This document shows, piece by piece, positions 16,506 through 19,061 of a stretch of DNA of 19,061 nt. The first letter of the stretch is position 1, and every line of letters starts with the position of its first letter. Origin of the DNA: Promethearchaeota archaeon (GTDB lineage Archaea; Asgardarchaeota; Odinarchaeia; Odinarchaeales; JBHLKK01); NCBI GenBank assembly GCA_048939465.1, contig JBHLPL010000029.1, forward strand, positions 1-19,061. The letters run 5' to 3'. A model generated the notes under the pieces. The model searched no databases. It was not told the DNA's origin and saw only the letters and a program-made list of their open reading frames with translations. The position numbers and the translations under genes are program-made.

Positions 16506-17477
16506 ATGAAAGCTGTTGTTTACCGCGGGCCGAAAAAAATGAAACCTGAGGACGTACCGGAGCCTGAACCAGCTCAAAATGAGGTCTTGGTGAGGTTTAA
16601 GGCTGGCAGCATTTGTGGTACTGATATTCACTATTATAGAGGTGAGTGGAAGAGTCTAAAGATAGGAAGAATAATAGGGCATGATGCTTCGGGGCAGATT
16701 ATGGAGACGGCTCAAAGAGCGGCAATTGTCCCTTTTGTATCCTGTGGAGCCTGTAGATACTGCCTAGAGGGAAGACCCAATGTGTGTGAGAAATGGAGCA
16801 TAATGGGCTTCAACAGAGACGGATGCTTCTCTGAATTAATAGCAGTGCCGAGAGAGAATCTGCTTCCAATACCTAACAACGTCACTTACGAAGAGGCAGC
16901 GATACTTGAGCCAGTCGCCCTTGCGCTTCACACTTTTGACCTGCTTCAGCCAAGGTTTGGGCAATGGGCAACGATAGTGGGGCAAGGGCCCATAGGGCTT
17001 GTTATGACACAGGTAGCGAGAGCTTCAGGGTGCAGAGTCATTGCTATAGATTTAGAAGATTACCGATTAGCAATATCTGAGAATTATGGAGCAGAGGTAT
17101 GCATTAATCCAAAGAGTCAGAACGTTGTGGAAAAAGTGAGAACGATTACCGACGGGGGCTCGGGCATCGTTGTTGAAGCCGCCGGCAAAAAGGAAACTGT
17201 AGAACAGACTTCCAAATTAGTGAGTCGGACAGGAAAAGTAGCGCTGGTAGGTGAATCTTCAGGCACAATGAAATTCGAAGGTGAAGCGACTTTCTTCGGC
17301 GTATGGCTTAATCCCCTGAAATATGCTCTTGCGCTGGATTCGCTGTCAAAGGGAATCATAGATGTTAGAGGTTTGATTACTCATAGATTTCCTCTGACTG
17401 ATTTCGAGAGGGCGATTGAGACAGCCACCGACACTGAAAAGAGTCCTGTAAAGGTGATTCTTCAAGAGGAGCATTAG
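16506..17477 (+). CDS. Zinc-dependent medium-chain alcohol dehydrogenase (threonine/sorbitol dehydrogenase-like)
   Basis: ICGTD, GHD, structural Zn site CGACRYCLEGRPNVC, LEP and Rossmann GQGPIG; AAGGGGG RBS. Confidence 0.93.
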   Translation: MKAVVYRGPKKMKPEDVPEPEPAQNEVLVRFKAGSICGTDIHYYRGEWKSLKIGRIIGHDASGQIMETAQRAAIVPFVSCGACRYCLEGRPNVCEKWSIMGFNRDGCFSELIAVPRENLLPIPNNVTYEEAAILEPVALALHTFDLLQPRFGQWATIVGQGPIGLVMTQVARASGCRVIAIDLEDYRLAISENYGAEVCINPKSQNVVEKVRTITDGGSGIVVEAAGKKETVEQTSKLVSRTGKVALVGESSGTMKFEGEATFFGVWLNPLKYALALDSLSKGIIDVRGLITHRFPLTDFERAIETATDTEKSPVKVILQEEH

Positions 17478-17498
17478 TCAAAACCAAGAATCTTGAAG

Positions 17499-17552
17499 AA
17501 TCTTGTTTTGCTGGTGTCTTAATAAATGGATAAAAACTGATCTAGGAACTCA
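17499..17552 (+). repeat. Intergenic repeat copy 19 (tail A)
   Basis: AATCTTGTTTTGCTGGTGTCTT-AATAAATGGAT-AAAAACTGATCTAGGAACTCA; preceded by the tandem AAGAATCTTG x2 (17486-17505). Confidence 0.9.
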
Positions 17553-17604
17553 TTCAGCTGGTCAAAAACCAAATCACCTGAGTAGGTGTCTTAATCTCTT
17601 AGAC

Positions 17605-18552
17605 TCAGATCTCCACCGCACGAAGAAGGAGCGTACGCTCAGCCCTTTCCAGAATTCTTATGAGAGAAGGAAATACGTGGCAGCCACACTTCTCGCAAAC
17701 TGCTCTTGAGCCTAGCACACACGGCCTCTTCGAGTGACCGAACGCGTCAATCGAGATGGTGCACCAATTAGGACATCTGACTGTCCACTCTGGGGACCGG
17801 AGAAGGTCCAATTCCCTTCTCGTGTTCAAGATAAAATCTGGTTCTTTTCTGACATGGCGGATAAGCATGTCAATATCGGTATTTCGCTGTATATACGGTA
17901 CCCAAAGGGGATCGTTTTCGGAAAATGGGGTATACCAATTGAAAACTATGCCACGAAAACCCAGTTCTGATGCAGCTTGAACGGTCTCAGATATATGTCT
18001 ATGGTTTACTGTGGTCAATGTGCACGTGGCCATGAACCTATCTGATGGTGCAGATTTCATGTTCTTTCTGATGAGGTCATAAACCCCCTTCCCTCGAATT
18101 GCATCGTGTATCGCTTTTGGACCATCCAAGCTAACGATATATAGGACAGGAAGATCAGGAAACTCAAAAGTTCCATTGGTTACCAGCCAGGTAATCCAAA
18201 ATCTGTTGGCAATGACTTCACACTTTTCGCGTGACAAGCGGGAGAGGAGAGGTTCTCCATCAGTAATTGTGCAGTGTCGAACCCCCCTCTTATATAGGCT
18301 TTCGACGACTTGTATCATTTGGTGTACAGTCAGCTCTGGCTTGGAAGTACCGATGCGGTTAAACTGTTCGTAGCAATGAGAACATTTCAGATTGCACCTA
18401 CTCGTGGGCGCTAGGGAACAAGCGAAGGGTGTTCTGTCTCGAAGGAGTTTGATTCTTAAGAAACGGTATATCCCATACAGACTCTGGAAAGGAGTCAGAT
18501 TAAGCATTATCGGACACCATGTTTCGAGATACTTTACGGAATCTTTTTCCAT
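17605..18552 (-). CDS. Radical SAM protein with a C-terminal Cys-rich (Twitch/SPASM-like) region
   Basis: CNLKCSHC, ITDGEPLL, VSLDGPKAIHDAIRG; C-terminal CPNW...PC...CEKCGC. Confidence 0.9.
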   Translation of the reverse strand: MEKDSVKYLETWCPIMLNLTPFQSLYGIYRFLRIKLLRDRTPFACSLAPTSRCNLKCSHCYEQFNRIGTSKPELTVHQMIQVVESLYKRGVRHCTITDGEPLLSRLSREKCEVIANRFWITWLVTNGTFEFPDLPVLYIVSLDGPKAIHDAIRGKGVYDLIRKNMKSAPSDRFMATCTLTTVNHRHISETVQAASELGFRGIVFNWYTPFSENDPLWVPYIQRNTDIDMLIRHVRKEPDFILNTRRELDLLRSPEWTVRCPNWCTISIDAFGHSKRPCVLGSRAVCEKCGCHVFPSLIRILERAERTLLLRAVEI

Positions 18553-18555
18553 CTG

Positions 18556-19061
18556 TTATGGCAACGGAATGATGAAAGTCTGGAGAATCACTTGAAACAC
18601 CACAAGGATTACGGAGACGGATACGCCGCCTAGGAGTTTCAGGATTATTGGGATGTCAATGGGCCAATCACGCATAAGTCGGACTTCATCAATGACTACT
18701 TTGAGTGATAGAATAGGCATGGAATACGGCCTGATTTGCTCAATAACTTGCTCCCACTGATCGGCCGACTCTATATCCCTTGCAACTGAGCCTATTATTC
18801 TCTCTGCGTTTACCAAGACGTGCGACATGTCCTCAGCGATCTTCCTCTTCTCTTCGACAAATACTTTGTGCATTTTTGCAATTATGAACACATAACCGCT
18901 CAAAATTGCTGCCAGGCCAAGACTGACCAGAAGCAGGGAGATGTTCAAAGCCTCGGCTATTTGCACGGCAAACGCCATCAGAACAGCTACAACAAACCCC
19001 ACCAAAACGGAAACAAGGGCTATGAAACTAACCATCGCATCGGCCAGAAATTTATAACCCC
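18556..19061 (-). CDS. Membrane protein, probably 5'-truncated by the window edge
   Basis: The frame stays open upstream of ATG 19035 to the window end; hydrophobic helices; the stop is 3 nt from the radical SAM start. Confidence 0.7.
   Translation of the reverse strand, partial: GYKFLADAMVSFIALVSVLVGFVVAVLMAFAVQIAEALNISLLLVSLGLAAILSGYVFIIAKMHKVFVEEKRKIAEDMSHVLVNAERIIGSVARDIESADQWEQVIEQIRPYSMPILSLKVVIDEVRLMRDWPIDIPIILKLLGGVSVSVILVVFQVILQTFIIPLP

Noticed and set aside
284-17552. Repeat family as a CRISPR array
   Set aside because: Spacing is 0.25-3.3 kb with whole genes between copies, the copies are degenerate, and no cas genes are present.
284-17552. Repeat as canonical integron attC sites
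   Set aside because: There are no RYYYAAC...GTTRRRY ends or extended hairpin. In tail A copies GTT motifs precede AAC motifs, the reverse of attC. No IntI is in the window.
284-17552. Repeat as a simple oligo-T terminator or as IS/MITE ends
   Set aside because: It occurs between divergent genes and on the wrong strand for minus genes. I saw no inverted-orientation partner, target-site duplications or transposase.
418-18595. Many antisense or overlapping ORFs in the track (e.g. 418-654, 2553-2942, 3367-3639, 6266-6613, 6343-6708, 8060-8464, 14641-14988, 17734-17970)
   Set aside because: They are shadows of better-supported genes with recognisable motifs and RBSs.

Overview
This window is gene-dense and probably archaeal. 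That assignment is inferred from G-rich ribosome-binding sites, TTG/GTG starts, TATA-like promoters and several double zinc-ribbon and DUF996-like membrane proteins. It holds about 25 functionally unrelated accessory genes: three GNATs (one ArsN2-like), a nitroreductase, a Cys-rich PadR regulator, a dienelactone hydrolase, a BsuPI-like protein, an m4C-type DNA methyltransferase with a putative endonuclease partner, a Zn-dependent alcohol dehydrogenase, a radical SAM enzyme and many membrane or zinc-ribbon proteins. The main unexplained structure is a 45-60 bp intergenic repeat (core consensus AATCTTGTTTTGCTGGTGTTTTAATAATTGGAT, followed by one of two alternative tails). I found 19 copies by eye, three of them clearly degenerate or partial and one truncated. 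All lie in the same orientation, one at almost every boundary between genes or mini-operons, whatever the direction of the genes. This looks like a repeat-delimited gene-cassette array, integron-like in layout but with a site that is not an attC. No recombinase, rRNA, tRNA or CRISPR array is visible in the window. All family calls come from motif recognition, not database searches.
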